A stretch of 64,000 nt of DNA, taken from the NCBI GenBank assembly GCA_010015585.1, contig ML975182.1; one strand, 5' to 3'. The position numbers and the translations under genes were made by a program. Each line of letters begins with the position of its first letter. Position 1 is the first letter of the stretch. The DNA comes from Eremomyces bilateralis CBS 781.70 (Eukaryota). Below the pieces are notes generated by a model that was not told where the DNA came from, did not search any database, and saw nothing but the letters and a program-made list of their open reading frames with translations. This document shows positions 13,401 to 26,355 of the stretch, in pieces.

Positions 13401-14149
13401 GAGCCCATCCCGGTTCCTTCCATGAATCCATTCCCATCGTGCCAGACCTTCTACTTTTGTGTCACGGAGCTTGGCATCCCCAGACGCACCAGTGCACCAC
13501 GCCGCGTCGGAGTAACAGCACCAGGAGTCCAGGACAGAACCAAGCAGATTCCAGTCATTTAACTCCACGAGCCACCCACCGCACCTGGCCCCAAAATATG
13601 CCAAGGCCACCAAAGGCGCCAAGATCGCCTTAAGCACTGGAACCCAGTAACGGCAGGATGGAGGGGGTCCCACATGGAGAAGGAACGGAAGGGCAGAGTC
13701 TCAGCCACTCCTAGGCTCTCTCATGGAGCAATACCTGCAAAAGTCCTCGCACAGATCGCGGTGGCCTCCGTGCCTCTTTTTGTGGGTGTGAAACCAGTGA
13801 ACGGAACGGGCGGCGGGCGTCGGCATCGGCTCATGTCTGAGTCTCTCTACCCCCGTATTGCTAAATATGGGTACCCTCTAGGGCACCGCTGCAATCTGCA
13901 TGTTTTCTGGAGCCAGGTCCAGTGAATCTCAGAAGCCCATCCTGGACTCCAATCCTGGCCCGTGAGGCGCGAATGCACTATCAGCCACGCTTTCTGGCGA
14001 TGCTGCTCTTACCTTAAACGTCGGCCAATCGTCATCGGCGATATCAACCCTAATCCACGCGGGCCCTCAGTCAGTCACTCAGTCAGTCAGTTCTGCCCCT
14101 TCGGCGGTTTCGATGGCCTTTCAGCAGCTTTACGATGCCGCCGTCGCTG

Positions 14150-14560
14150 CAACTCTCCCTGCAACTCTCCGTTCCGACGCTCTTCTCGCTCTTCTCCTCT
14201 TCTTCTTCCTCTTCGGCCTCCTCTCTTCTCTCTCGCGCTCTCTCTTGCTCTCTACCCTCTCCTTCGTGAGTCCATCTCCAGTCTGGTCCTCTCACCGTCA
14301 TCCATTGGCTTGGTGCGCTATTCCTCGTCAACCCCAATCTTGGATATTGACCTTGCTCGATCTCACGGCACCTGGGTCCTGGATCGGCCGCTGAGCTCAT
14401 TTATCCACGCAATCCACACAATCCACACAACGTGAACTGCCACCTCTCCAGCCCCTGCCCATTTTTCTCAATCTCCATCTTCACCCTCCCTCTTGAGCCT
14501 TGGGTCTTTGTCTTCTATATCACCACTTACATCATCTGTCCCGTTTCACCACTTCTCCTT
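14150..14560 (+). promoter_or_regulatory. CT-rich core promoter / 5' leader of CYC8
   Basis: Long pyrimidine tracts (tcttctcctcttcttcttcct...) upstream of a 5'UTR intron at 14758-14813 (gtgagc...tactaac...tag). Confidence 0.5.
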
Positions 14561-14939
14561 CACCTGTCCCATTGCCGGTGAATCCCCATCTCGTAACCCG
14601 TTTTGTTTCATTCACCCAACTATGCTGTTGTCTGCAACCTTGATTGGGAACTGGTAGATCCTCCATTCACTATCGTTGCGACGCTGTTCACTGCACTTCC
14701 ACGTCAGCTCCGCGACGCTGAAGGAAACTGCCCCATAGTTTCACCCACCGTTCTGTGGTGAGCATAAGATTTCATATGTGACCCGCTTTCACAATACTAA
14801 CTGGTGAACTTAGAACACTATTGTCCTGTCGAGTCGAACTTAAATCAACCACCACAATACCAAGGTACACCTCGAGAATTCCTCGATATTCAAACCACAT
14901 CTGCCATCGCGCCACCCAAGCGCATATTCAACGACGTCG

Positions 14940-17924
14940 ATGGCGACCCACCAGCATCAATCTCCCACTACCGTCATGCCTCAACATCACCCTCCGCCGC
15001 AGGGTCATGTCCAGGCGAACGGTCATCCTTCGAACCCTGCGCCTACAATCATCCAGCGAATGGCCCAGGCGAACGAAGCTGCGTGGTATCAAGCCGGTAT
15101 TTCCCAACATCCCTTTTGTCGAGGGACCCGCGCTGACAAGTGATAGGCCAACTTGCCGAAGTTCTCGGAAATTTGGACGATGCGATCCAATCCTACCAGG
15201 AGGTGATTCGACATAACCCGTACTCGGTTCCCGCCATGATTGCCATCTCGCACATCTTGCGCAGCAGGGATCAATTCCCGCAAGCGGTGGATGTCCTTCG
15301 CAGCATCCTCAAATTAGAACCGAACAGTGGCGAAGTATGGGGTAGTCTAGGTATACAATTCACCCTCGAGACATCCGCAGGCGCTAATGCAGCCCAGGAC
15401 ATTGCTACCTGATGATGGACAACCTTCAGGATGCGTACTCCGCATACCAGCAAGCCATCTACCATCTTCCGGATCCAAAGGTAATTTCCATTCCGAAAAT
15501 GTCAAACGCAGACTGACTAGTGTAGGAGCCCAAATTGTGGTATGGCATCGGCATCCTTTACGACCGTTATGGATCCTTGGAGCATGCCGAGGATGCCTTC
15601 TCCCAGGTCATGCGCATGGATCCGACGTTCGAGAAGGCCAATGAAATCTACTTCCGATTGGGTATCATTTACAAACAACAACAAAAATATCCCGCAAGTT
15701 TGGATGTAAGTTGGCGGATTCACATGCGCGGTGCGACCTTACTAATTCCATGCAGTGCTTCTCATACATTGTCAATGACCCGCCTCGCCCACTGACAGAG
15801 GAGGATATCTGGTTCCAGATTGGCCATGTTCATGAACAACAAAAAGACGTACGCATCCCCAAACACCTACCATCCAACCTACTAACAAACCCAAGTATGA
15901 AGCCGCGAAATCCGCATACCGTCGCGTCCTCGACCGTGACCCGAAACATGCGAAGGTCCTTCAGCAACTCGGCTGGTTGTATCACCAAGAAAGCACCGAC
16001 TTCCGAAATCAAGACCAAGCCATCGAATACCTGGAGAAATCCGTCGCAGCCGGTGAGTCGCTCCCAGCGACCGGTCGTTGTACCCGAATCGTTGCTAACC
16101 GCATGCACAGATCAAACCGATGCTCAAAGCTGGTACCTGCTCGGGCGCTGCTACATGGCCCTCCAAAAGTACCCGAAGGCGTACGAAGCCTACCAGCAAG
16201 CGGTTTATCGTGATGGACGGAATCCCACCTTCTGGTGCTCCATCGGAGTACTGTATTACCAGATCAACCAGTACCGTGACGCTCTGGACGCATACTCCCG
16301 GGCAATCCGGCTGAATCCCAACATATCCGAGGTCTGGTACGACTTGGGCACCCTGGTATGTTTGCTATCGTTTGTTTCGTGTTATGCCTGCGCATCCGAT
16401 GGCTGATTGAAATAGTACGAGTCCTGCAACAATCAAACGGCGGATGCCCTGGATGCCTACACCCGCGCTGCTGAATTGGATCCGACGAACCACCATATCA
16501 AAGCTCGTCTCAACCTCCTGAAGAACGGGGGCCCGACCAATGGGATGCCAAACCAGAACAGCGCTCCCATGCCACAGGATGTGCATCCAAACGCGTATCA
16601 GCCGGCTCCCGTCCAAGGCCCTCCCGCCCCGCAATGGAATGGATCGGCGGCTACGCAACATCAGGCCCCTCCACCGCCATCTTTTGACAATTCGCGAAGA
16701 CTGGCCGAAATTCAACAGAATGCTCAGCCACCGCAGCAACTGTCGTCGTTTGATCAGCGAGATGGTCGTGTTCAACCAATTCCTCCTCCTCGCGCAGCGG
16801 TTCGTCCACCGAGTCCTCGACCGGAACCAGGCAGGACCTATACCGACCCGGCTCGGATGCAGCAGCATCCTCCTCCCCCTCCGCCTCCGCCAAGGAATCA
16901 CTCCCCTTCGCCCAAGGCGCTCAACGCCCCGAGCCTCTCTCGTGGACCCTCAGGTCACCAGCCTGGCGGACCACCACCTCCGCCCATGCTCTCCGCTATC
17001 CAAGGTCCGCCCCCCCAGCCATCCCCGGCAGCACCTCAGCGAATCACCAACCCCAACTACGGTCCTGGCTCCAGCAATTCGTCCGTGCAACCTTCGACTC
17101 CGCTGGCAGGTCCTCCCTTCCAACCTCCCAATGTCCATCGGGACTCCCCCGAGGTAAGACCCATTGTAGACAACCGCCCTACGTCCGCGGGTTCCGGCTA
17201 CCACCCACCTGGCTTCCCTCCTCACCCCGCGGGTCCGACCAGCCTTCCCCAGGGCGGGCCTCCACCCCTCACTACCCACCCCGTCGAACCAACCCGTGAC
17301 CGCGATGATCGCAACCCCATCGGACCCAAACGTTACCGCGAATGGGAAGACCACGACACAAAAGGCCCTGGGCCGGACGATTCGAAGCGCCAGCGCATGT
17401 CCTCTCCACCTCCCCCACCACCACCACCGCAACCCGTGCGTCACTCGCCCGAGCAACCCCGCACCATATCCCCGCTTCATCCGAAAGATGAGCAGGACGC
17501 CGACGCGCGAATGCACAAGCACCCTCTGTCTTCCGACGCTGGGGGCGCATCCTCTCCCTACCAGCCAAGCGGCGCCGCGCATACCCGGTACCAACCCCAT
17601 CCGCCGCCTCCACCTCCCGAATACTCCTCCCATCCGGCTACTCCTGTCGTTCGCCCTCCGTCCGCCACCCACGCTCCGCTCCCCGCGCCTCCTACGCCTA
17701 CCCATCAACCGACGCCGCCGCACCCTGCACCACATCAGGTGCCGACGCCGCTGTCGACGGGCAGCAGCGCGCTTCCACCGATGGAGCTGAAGGAGGGGAG
17801 CAAACCGCACGAACCGGAGCCGGCGGCGCGGCGCATGGAGATCGATGAGAGCTATGAGGATGAGGAGGACGGCCGGAAGGCGGGGAGTGGGAAGGGGGAG
17901 GGGAAGGGGAGTCCGAGGGAGTAG
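14940..17924 (+). CDS. CYC8: General transcriptional corepressor Ssn6/Cyc8 (TPR repeats plus Pro-rich C-terminus)
   Basis: Multi-exon TPR array: ANEAAWYQAG, LWYGIGILYDRYGSLEHAE, EDIWFQIGHVHEQQKD, DAQSWYLLGRCYM, NPTFWCSIGVLYYQINQYRDALDAYSRAIRLNP, LDPTNHHIKARL. C-terminal AARRMEIDESYEDE. Confidence 0.97.
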
Positions 17925-17954
17925 TGGTGTGAGTTATATCGGCGTTGATGATGA

Positions 17955-18010
17955 ATGGATGGGACGGATGGATGGATGGGATGGATGGGGTGGATGGATG
18001 GATGGATGGG
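17955..18010 (+). repeat. Imperfect (GGAT)n microsatellite in CYC8 3'UTR
   Basis: Tandem ggat units just after the CYC8 stop codon. Confidence 0.8.
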
Positions 18011-19891
18011 AATTGGGGTTATATCGAGGAGTCGTTACGGAAGGGAGGAAAGGAGGGAATGGCTACAACCAACGAACGATCTCTTTTGTGAACATACCTG
18101 TCGAGTGGGCATCGTGGATGATGGTCGGTGTCAAAACTACTGTCAGAGTGAAAAGACACCGTTGAGGAGTTTCTTGTATCCCGGTGTCAAAGAAAATGAA
18201 CAACAATGGTACATATGCAATTTTGACGGACGGTCGTTTATTTCTCGTTGTGTGAAGGTTGCTTGAACAGTTGATTTTCTATGTTTGTTGTGGTTGGGTG
18301 GTTTTATCTTAGGGCGGAGTGATGAGAGAGGAAGGATGCGATGATAGGTTTGAAGTGAGGATAGGCGTGTGGTGAGGTTCGTGAATGGGTGATTCATAGG
18401 TATTTTAATCACCAATCCACCAGATCATAGTGACGATGGGTTGACTGCAGATGAAATGAGTGATACTATTCGATTTGGGTAGATGGGCGACCTGGCGGTT
18501 GTGGAGGAATGATAGAGGAGAGGTGAGAGCCGGTAGAGAAGTTGGGCTTGACCATGACTTGCAGGATATCCCATTGCGTTACTATGATGGCTGGATGGAC
18601 CTCGTCCGATCGAGAAACATTCGGCTAGCTGGCGCGTCCGAGCCTCTAAATCGTCCGTATCCCTTCCATGGATCCCCAACGATCTCGTCCGCCGCCCACT
18701 CGTCCGTCCGCCGCCGCACCACAATCCCCCACCTCCGCGCGACAGGAACCCCGTCTCCATTTCACTCAGTTTCTCCCTCATGCTCCATCCAGGTATCATC
18801 TCCTCCCCATTCCACTCTTCTCCTTCCCCCGCCTCCCTCCTACTTCCCAATCCACCAGCAATCCCGCTCATTCAACGCGCTCGCAAACCACTCCCAATCC
18901 TCCTGTTGTACATCCTCGTCGTATTCGCCCCCCTCCACGACCATGCTGGGCTCATCTACCCACCCATACACTGCGTGATTCACGAACTTCGTCTAGCTCA
19001 CCACCTCCCGGGTTCCCCGGGAGCTGCACTCGGAGAGGAACTCCCACATCCAGAAGCGCCGGTCACGGAAGGTAGAGAGGAGGGAGACGTGGTGGAACGG
19101 CCGCAAGCGGGGCGGGGTAATTGTCGACACGTATTCGTGGATACTGTGGTTGCTGTCGGTGCGGAGATCGGCGGTTGGGGCGATGGCGGCCGGCGGCGAT
19201 GGCGGCCGGCGACGACGGCTGGAAGGTCGCGCCATGCGAGGTCTTGAACCCCCAGAACTGCACCGCGTAGTAGGGCACCTTCGGGAAATAGATGTCGGCG
19301 CGTACTCGACGCCGTAAAGCCAGTCGCGCGCTTCTGGAAAGCGGTTGTCGGTGAGGATGTGATGGTTCAGAGCACTTCAACCATCGGAGCCTGAAAGAGA
19401 AGATACCGTTTCGAAAGACGTGAAGATCTGATGACCGGATGGTTGGAGAGTAGATGAATTTTGAAGGAATTGGTCGAAGTGAAAATTGAACGTGGATATC
19501 GAACGGAAAGGGAAGTCAAAAATCGCCGCCTGTCTTCATGTGAATTGTGCAATTCAACGAATGCAGTCGAAATAATTCTAAACCCGCTGGACCAGGTCTG
19601 TATGTTGGGATGGAAATGTTTCGAATCCATCATTCCCATGCGTGATCGATCTGTGTTAATTTGGGTAGGAAGCCTGACCAATAGCTGTATCCATCATCAC
19701 AGTTCTGTTAAAGATTCAACATCCTCGCCCAGTGCCAAAGGCGACTGGGAAAAACCGAGGATATCGAAAGGCCATAAAAGGAGTATCCTCTGAAGTCCCC
19801 TTTGGTTTATTGGTCATTCAAGAGATTATCCCATCCCACTCCCTTGAGATGAACTCTTCATAACCGGTCCGAGGCACGCCGCTGCCGTGTC

Positions 19892-20481
19892 TCAACCCCT
19901 CTCCTGAGTCATCTTCACCAGCTCGACAAACTCCTCCAGACCTTCCGCATCGCGATCCGAACTCCGAAGCAAGTTCTTAAACCCCTTCAACGCAGAGACG
20001 TCTCCATTCTCCGGCGACCACTCCGAAGCCTGGTTCCGATCATTGGATCTCTGTCCGAACCTACCGCCTCGACCACGGCCTCTAGCTCCCGGAGCACGGT
20101 ACAGAGAGCCAGGTGAAGATGGCGGGAGACTGCGTCGGTAGATGTCTTGAAGCTGAGAGGGAAGCCTTGGATAACGCGCGAAGAGGCGCTGGAATTCTGG
20201 GTGGGCTTGGAGACGATCTAACGGGTCTTGAAGAGTCGGAGACGGAGGCCTTTTCTCTGATGTAGCTGAAGCAATAGCTAGACTAGAAGATTCCGTCGGC
20301 TTAGTTTCACCAAGCGTGTGAGTCTCCTTATGGACTTTATAGCATGGGAGGGAGCAACTGGACGATATCAGTAAAGGATAAGCAGGAACAGTTGATGGAC
20401 TCACTATCTCAACCGGCAACCTTGAGACGGACATTTGTACTTCGACGGCTCTTGATTACAGACGCCACACAGCTCGCCCAT
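19892..20481 (-). CDS. HIT1: HIT-type zinc finger protein (Hit1/ZNHIT3-like, box C/D snoRNP assembly)
   Basis: ATG at 20481, intron 20404-20358. Spliced MGELCGVCNQEPSKYKCPSQGCRLRYCSLPCYKVHK is a zf-HIT. C-terminal EGLEEFVELV helix. Confidence 0.8.
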
Positions 20482-20701
20482 ATTTGCGTCTTGAAATTGC
20501 GACGATATTGATACCGTGTTCTGTAACCGGTCACATAAAATTAACGACGTGGTTGACTTTTAAGGATTGTGATTGGCCAATTCTGCGGCGACTCGGAGGT
20601 TTCTCTTCAAAGGAGGAATCGGACATTCATCACGCCAGCAAGATACTCTGTACCTATTCAACTCTCTTGCTATACTCAACTGTCCACATACAACCCCGAA
20701 A

Positions 20702-21630
20702 ATGTCTCGGTTTGCAAGAAGCGCGTTTTCTAAAACGTTCTTCTCAACGGAGCCATGGGTCTGTCAAAGTTGTTCGAGAACCTGTGGGAGGACAAGTGCT
20801 CCGGGGGCAGTCCGACGAATATCGAATAACACCAAACCGCGGCAAGCGGGTCCGACGATGGAGCAGATTCAAGCGCACTATGGCAAGCGGAATCAGACAG
20901 CGATGTACGTGTTTGACCCGAAGAAAAACGACGCTATATGCTAACAGCGACAGCAATTACGCCCTGAGTCTAGCCATCGGCACCGTAGCTCTCTCATATG
21001 GCTCGGTACCGCTATACAAAATGGTATACCACGCACATGCGACACATTCCAAGACCTCAACCGTGTTGACGCCACCCACAGATCTGCCAAACCACCGGCT
21101 GGGGCGGCCAACCCATCAAATCCCCCTCCCACTACGCCGGCGCCGACACCGACGACCAATCCGCCCGCCTCACCCCCGAAGATAACTACCTCCGCTTCCG
21201 CGTCACCTTCGCCTCGTCCGTCTCCGCCATCCTGCCGTGGAAATTCACCCCGCAACAACGCGAAGTGCGTATCCGGCCCGGTGAGAGCGCGCTAGCGTTC
21301 TACACGGCGACGAACACGTCCGATGAGGACATCATCGGGATCGCGACGTACAGCGTGACGCCGGGCCAGGTGGCGCCGTATTTTGCGAAGATTCAGTGTT
21401 TCTGTTTCGAGGAGCAGCGGCTGCGGGCCGGGGAAACGGTGGATATGCCGGTGTTTTTCTACATCGATAAAGGGATCATGGAGGATCGGAATTGTCGGAA
21501 TGTTGGGGAGGTGACGTTGAGTTATACGTTTTTTAGTGAGTTGGATGGGCCGATGGGATTGGAGCGATGCTAACGATGAACAGAAGCGAAGTATGATAAG
21601 GATGGGCATCTAACGCCTGTCCCCATGTAA
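20702..21630 (+). CDS. COX11: Cytochrome c oxidase copper chaperone Cox11
   Basis: Presequence-like N-terminus, LSYGSVPLYKMICQTTGWGG, PWKFTPQQREV, PYFAKIQCFCFEEQRL, DMPVFFYID, TLSYTFF. Three introns. Confidence 0.97.
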
Positions 21631-21718
21631 CACCTCTTGTAACAATCTATCTGCAATGCCTTCGGCAGCGTATAATACGATGACCATACTATGCCAAACC
21701 ATGTCTCCTCACCACCCC

Positions 21719-22645
21719 CTACTTCTTATTCCTCTGCGCCCACCTCGCCGCCTGCGTCGCCCCACTCGCCCTCCACCCGCTCAAAATTAACTCCACAATG
21801 GCATCCACATTCTTCCCATTCTTCACCTGCGCAAAGATCGTCGGCCCCCCCTCCCTCATCCGCCGCGCATCCCGCTCCATCACGCCCAAATCCGCCCCGA
21901 TCAGCTCCGCCAAATCCGTCTTATTCACCACCAGCAGATCACTCCCCGTGATCCCCGGCCCCCCTTTCCGCGGCACCTTATCCCCCCCAGCCACGTCGAT
22001 CACATAGATGATGAAGTCCGCCAGCTCGCGACTGTAGTTCGCCGCCAGGTTATCCCCGCCGCTCTCGATAAGCAGCAGGTCCGGGTCATGGTCGCGGTGT
22101 AGGTCCTCCAGAGCGGCGAGGTTGGTGGAGATGTCCTCGCGCACGGCGGCGTGTGGGCAGCCGCCGGTTTCGATGGCGCGGAGGCGGGAGGACGGGAGGG
22201 CGGAGTGGCGGAGGAGGAACTCGCAGTCTTCGCGGGTGAAAATGTCGTTGGTGACGGCGGCGAGGGAGTGCGTAGCGCGGAGGGATTGGCAGAGGGCGAG
22301 CATGAGGGCGGTTTTGCCGGAGCCGACAGGTCTGCGGTCATTCCGTCAGCACGGCCATTCGTGGTCGCACTGTGGCATTCTCGCTGGTGCAAGGGCATGG
22401 GAAAGATGTCACGGTGGACGAATTGCTGCTACGGTTGTGGAGGAGACCATATGGGTGTACGTGAAAACTTACCCGCCTATCCCAATCGTGTACGCCCGAT
22501 CATCCCAGTTCCGCCCCTCGATCAGAGGCATCTCCCGGCCCAGATACGATCCCGGCCCGTCCAGGATCTCGTGGGTGTGGCCATGGTCGGCGGCGGCATG
22601 GGAGTGCGAATGGGTGGTGCCGTCGTGGCTGTGGGCGGATGCCAT
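21719..22645 (-). CDS. ureG: Urease accessory GTPase UreG
   Basis: His-rich N-terminus ([12 protein letters not shown]...HGHTHE), P-loop GIGGPVGSGKT across one intron, [37 protein letters not shown]. Confidence 0.97.
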
Positions 22646-23650
22646 TGGGGCGATCGGAGGGAAGAGGGATATCGAAACTCGGAGACGCGGGTTTAATTAT
22701 ATATGAGAGTTTGCGGCGGTTTATGGGTTTCTTTGTAGAGCGAGGAGATATCTCGTTCGTTAGAGGGGTTCAGAGCTGTTGTGCTCAGGGTTCTTCGCCC
22801 GCAGCTGAGTGGGGCTCCGCTATCGCCAGCGGATTTACATAGTAGGAATGGACGGACGTGCCCTGTTCAGCCAAACGTCAATTCTACGGCAGTGCACAGA
22901 TTAATATCACTCTAGATTGAATGTATGGATTCCCGACAATATATAGCCACATATTCCGCTTCGATGTCGCAATCCTCTCCGCCAAGCGCAAATACTGTAG
23001 GCAGCTAGAGATGTTATGGAGTACATATATATCTCCGGCAACTCTGCATCACTAAACCAGTCATCTTTTTCTTTCTCTAAGCTCAAAAGCTGTCTAGAGG
23101 TGAGAGCCCCTTAAAAGGCAGCATAGCAAAGGAGTGGTCACTGAAACGATGTCAAGTCATGTTTGGGAGGATCCCTTCCCCCAATATAAAATTCTAGATA
23201 TACATTCCGAGGCGCTCTCGCGGAGCGCTGCTAGATCATAACCAGTGCTTTCTATCCAAATAAGATGCTCTCATATACATTTTGAGGCCCTCGTCGGAAA
23301 TCCATGAGACATTAGTGACCTGAAAAAACACCCTAGTCGACTCCGTCGCTGGAGGGCGGCGATGCAAGCACCATTGGACGCCGTGTAATGCTAGTTATGT
23401 GACCCTGTGCCTATGCCGTAATTGCTGAGAAGTAAACTCCATCCATCGCCGTGGTTCGTTTCGAGAAAGAGAATTGCTGAAGGAAAGCGGGAGAATGCAT
23501 GTCGGCTCGAATGGAGCGGACAGGTGGTTCGGGGGTGATTGAAATCCGTTTCGTAGGTCGTGCAAAGAACCAGAAGGAATACGCGTCGTCAAACTCGGGA
23601 AGGGAGGAGTCCCCAGTAGTCCGTAAAATCAAAGATCGCAGTCTCGCGCA

Positions 23651-24619
23651 TCACTTCAACGCCTTCCGCAACCACGCCTCCCACTTCTCCCGCAAACTCA
23701 ACACGAACACATGCGCATCATTCGGCCCATCCTTCCCTCCGGGCTCCCCAATAATCGCCGAGAAGATCATAAACACCGCAGCGACCCAGGCGACGAGGGC
23801 GAGGCCACCGGCAACGACGGGGCCGAATAGCAGGACGGAGACGAGGGCAGCGGGGGAATAGCGGTCGGGGGCGACGCGGGAAAAGGCGAGGCGGAGGTGG
23901 ACGAGGAGGACGGGGGAGAGGAAGGTGATGAGATCGGAAGGGATGGAGGGTTGGTGGGCGCAGAGGCGGAGGGGGAGGAGGACGAGGAGGGCGAGGAGGG
24001 CGAGGAGCGTCCAGAGGAGGGAGAGGAGGGAGAGGAGGGGGTTGAGGAGGGAGAGATGGAACTGGGGGAGTTAGTATGAATTAATTGATATAACGAGGTC
24101 GACGAGCTTGCTCCATGAAGGTTGGTGGTGTTGGAGAATGGAAAAGAAATATACCACTATCCTCACGACCTTCCTCTCCAGTCGCTTGTCGATACTCTCC
24201 ACCTCATCCGCATACCGCACGGCTGACATATCCGCCATCCTCGTCGGCGCACCCCCCCGAAACGGATCCACCACCACGCTCTTCTCCACATCCACCGTCT
24301 GATGCGACCCCCGCGAGTCCTGGTACGGTAGGTGCACGCTTACGGGCGGCTGCGGCGCGGGATGCGGCGCCAACGACGAGGTCGACGGGCTGCTGATGCC
24401 GGACGAGGTGCTGGATCGCGGGAGTTTCGTCACCACCGTCGAAGGGCTCGCGGGCTCCGCGGGCCGGAATGGCTGGGTGAGCGACGCATGGCGGCCTGGC
24501 GTGGGGGATAGGCTTCTATCGGATCGGAGGGAGTGGTGGGTGGTTCGTTTCTCGTGCGGAGAGGAGTGGAGGGGGGAATATGCCATCGGTGGGGCGGGAG
24601 GGACGGTGGGTTCTGGCAT
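23651..24619 (-). CDS. Hypothetical membrane protein (Pro/Ser-rich N-terminus, hydrophobic C-terminal exon)
   Basis: ATG at 24619. One intron ending ...tactaactcccccag. Exon 2 encodes LLSLLWTLLALLALLVLLPLRLC and GLALVAWVAAVFMIFSAIIGEPGG...WEAWLRKALK-TGA. Confidence 0.8.
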
Positions 24620-26355
24620 GGCGAATGGTTGGACCACCAGCAGCGGCACGGTAGACGGAATTGGGGCGGTGGATTCGAGACGTCGAGGTGTGAGGATAAG
24701 AAGACTCTATCTACGAGGCAATCGGGAAATGGCGAGGAGGGAGATGAAGCCACGGCGAGAAACGGTGCGGCCGTGAGGAGGACGGCATCGTTTCCTGGAG
24801 AGGAAGCGGGATAGGCGGACTGCAGCAGGAGATAAAAGGGTAAAGGGAATCGACGAGCCACCAACGAGCGGTGGACGTAGCGAGGACAAGAGCGACGAGC
24901 GAACGATTGAAGACGAGAATCAAGACTCAAGAGACTTGGGAGAGGAGCAACGAAAACTTGGGAGCGCTGGGCGTGCGTCCGCTGTCGCCCTGTCGGGAAT
25001 TGGGGATCACGACGACGGACGGGACATTGGGACGGGTGGACGGCTTTTCCTCTTGCGTGGATTCTTTTGCTCAGCGGTGATTTCTTGGACGTCTTGGCTG
25101 TGCGATGGTGCTGGGGCGCGGAAGAAGCGCCTATCCGAACTTACCAGACAGTCCCAAGACATTGTTTGCGGTCCAGGTGGACAAAAGTCAGGAAATCAAG
25201 GGAGCAAAGGCCACCGCGCCAGAGAGATTATTCTCGATTCTCTTGGGAGATGGGCCCGTTCATGTTGGCGGAACGGGTGGAAGAGAATCAAGGGGGTCAG
25301 GCATGTCGGAGGAAGGGCGAGTGGGAGCGTCTCACCGATGACAGAGGAAATGGAAGAAATGAAGACACGCAGGTCAGAGCTTTGCGAATTCCGGGCTGGG
25401 CATCGTCTTGGCCACGCCCTCAAGCGGCTTGGAATTGGTCGCGGGCTGGAGATGAACGGGCTTGGAACTGCCGATGACTGCGGAGGGCCACATCTGCCCA
25501 TCCTGATTGCTCATCGTTGCCCATGAAAGGCTATCGGTCCATTTGATGGTCTTGACGCAGTCTTGGGAGAGTCGACGCCGCTGCTTGGAGGTTGGAGAGC
25601 CCAGAAGCAATTGGCGATTTGTGTACGGAGGGTTGGAGAAATAAAGAGGGGAGAAATGACCGGAAGACGTGCCGCCGGATGCTACTGTTGCATTGTTGGT
25701 TCTTGGCTGCAATCTGCATGTATCACTGCCGATCTTCAACCCAACGGGATCATATTCTCCAGGATTTTGTACTCGGCATGTTTGCTCGTCGATGAACTCG
25801 CATATCCCTCATTCATGATGCTTTTGAGATAGGGCGTTCAGCGTTCGAGAGCCAAGGCGCTCGAACTTGGAGAGAATGACGAGCTCAAGTGACTCAGCAG
25901 TCAGCACATTAATTCTCATGTTTTCAGCAGCACTTCATGATCCCCTGTTCCCTATCTCCTCAATCTCACGCACTGCCAATATCCATTCCTTATGCCGTGG
26001 ACACTAGACTCTCCCAAGAGCGAGTCCAAGAATGACAGATATTCTTGGAAGTGTCCTTGGAAGTGTCCTTGGGAGTTAAAACCGCTCATCCCTTGATTTA
26101 TGGTCTGATCCATCATTCATCGTACAACCGCCCAGACACGCATAAACCGCCAGTTCCCATGGTGCCATCCTCCATGTTGACCGGCCAATTCGTACAAACC
26201 CAAGTGATGCATACTCGTGAAACCACCTCCATCGTCCCTCCCACCTAACCACTGTAGCTATCCATTATCTAAACCCTATCAAAAAGTGCATATTCAAGAT
26301 CTGATTCCGTCACTGTACGGAATACCCCAGTCCAACATAGTCCGCCCATCTGTAA

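Noticed and set aside
12858..13673. 271-aa minus-strand ORF upstream of CYC8
   Set aside because: Non-ATG start, C/W/R-rich random-like composition and no native codon pattern.
26044..26076. 12-bp tandem repeat cttggaagtgtc, about 2.7 copies
   Set aside because: Simple slippage repeat with no spacers. Not CRISPR-like.
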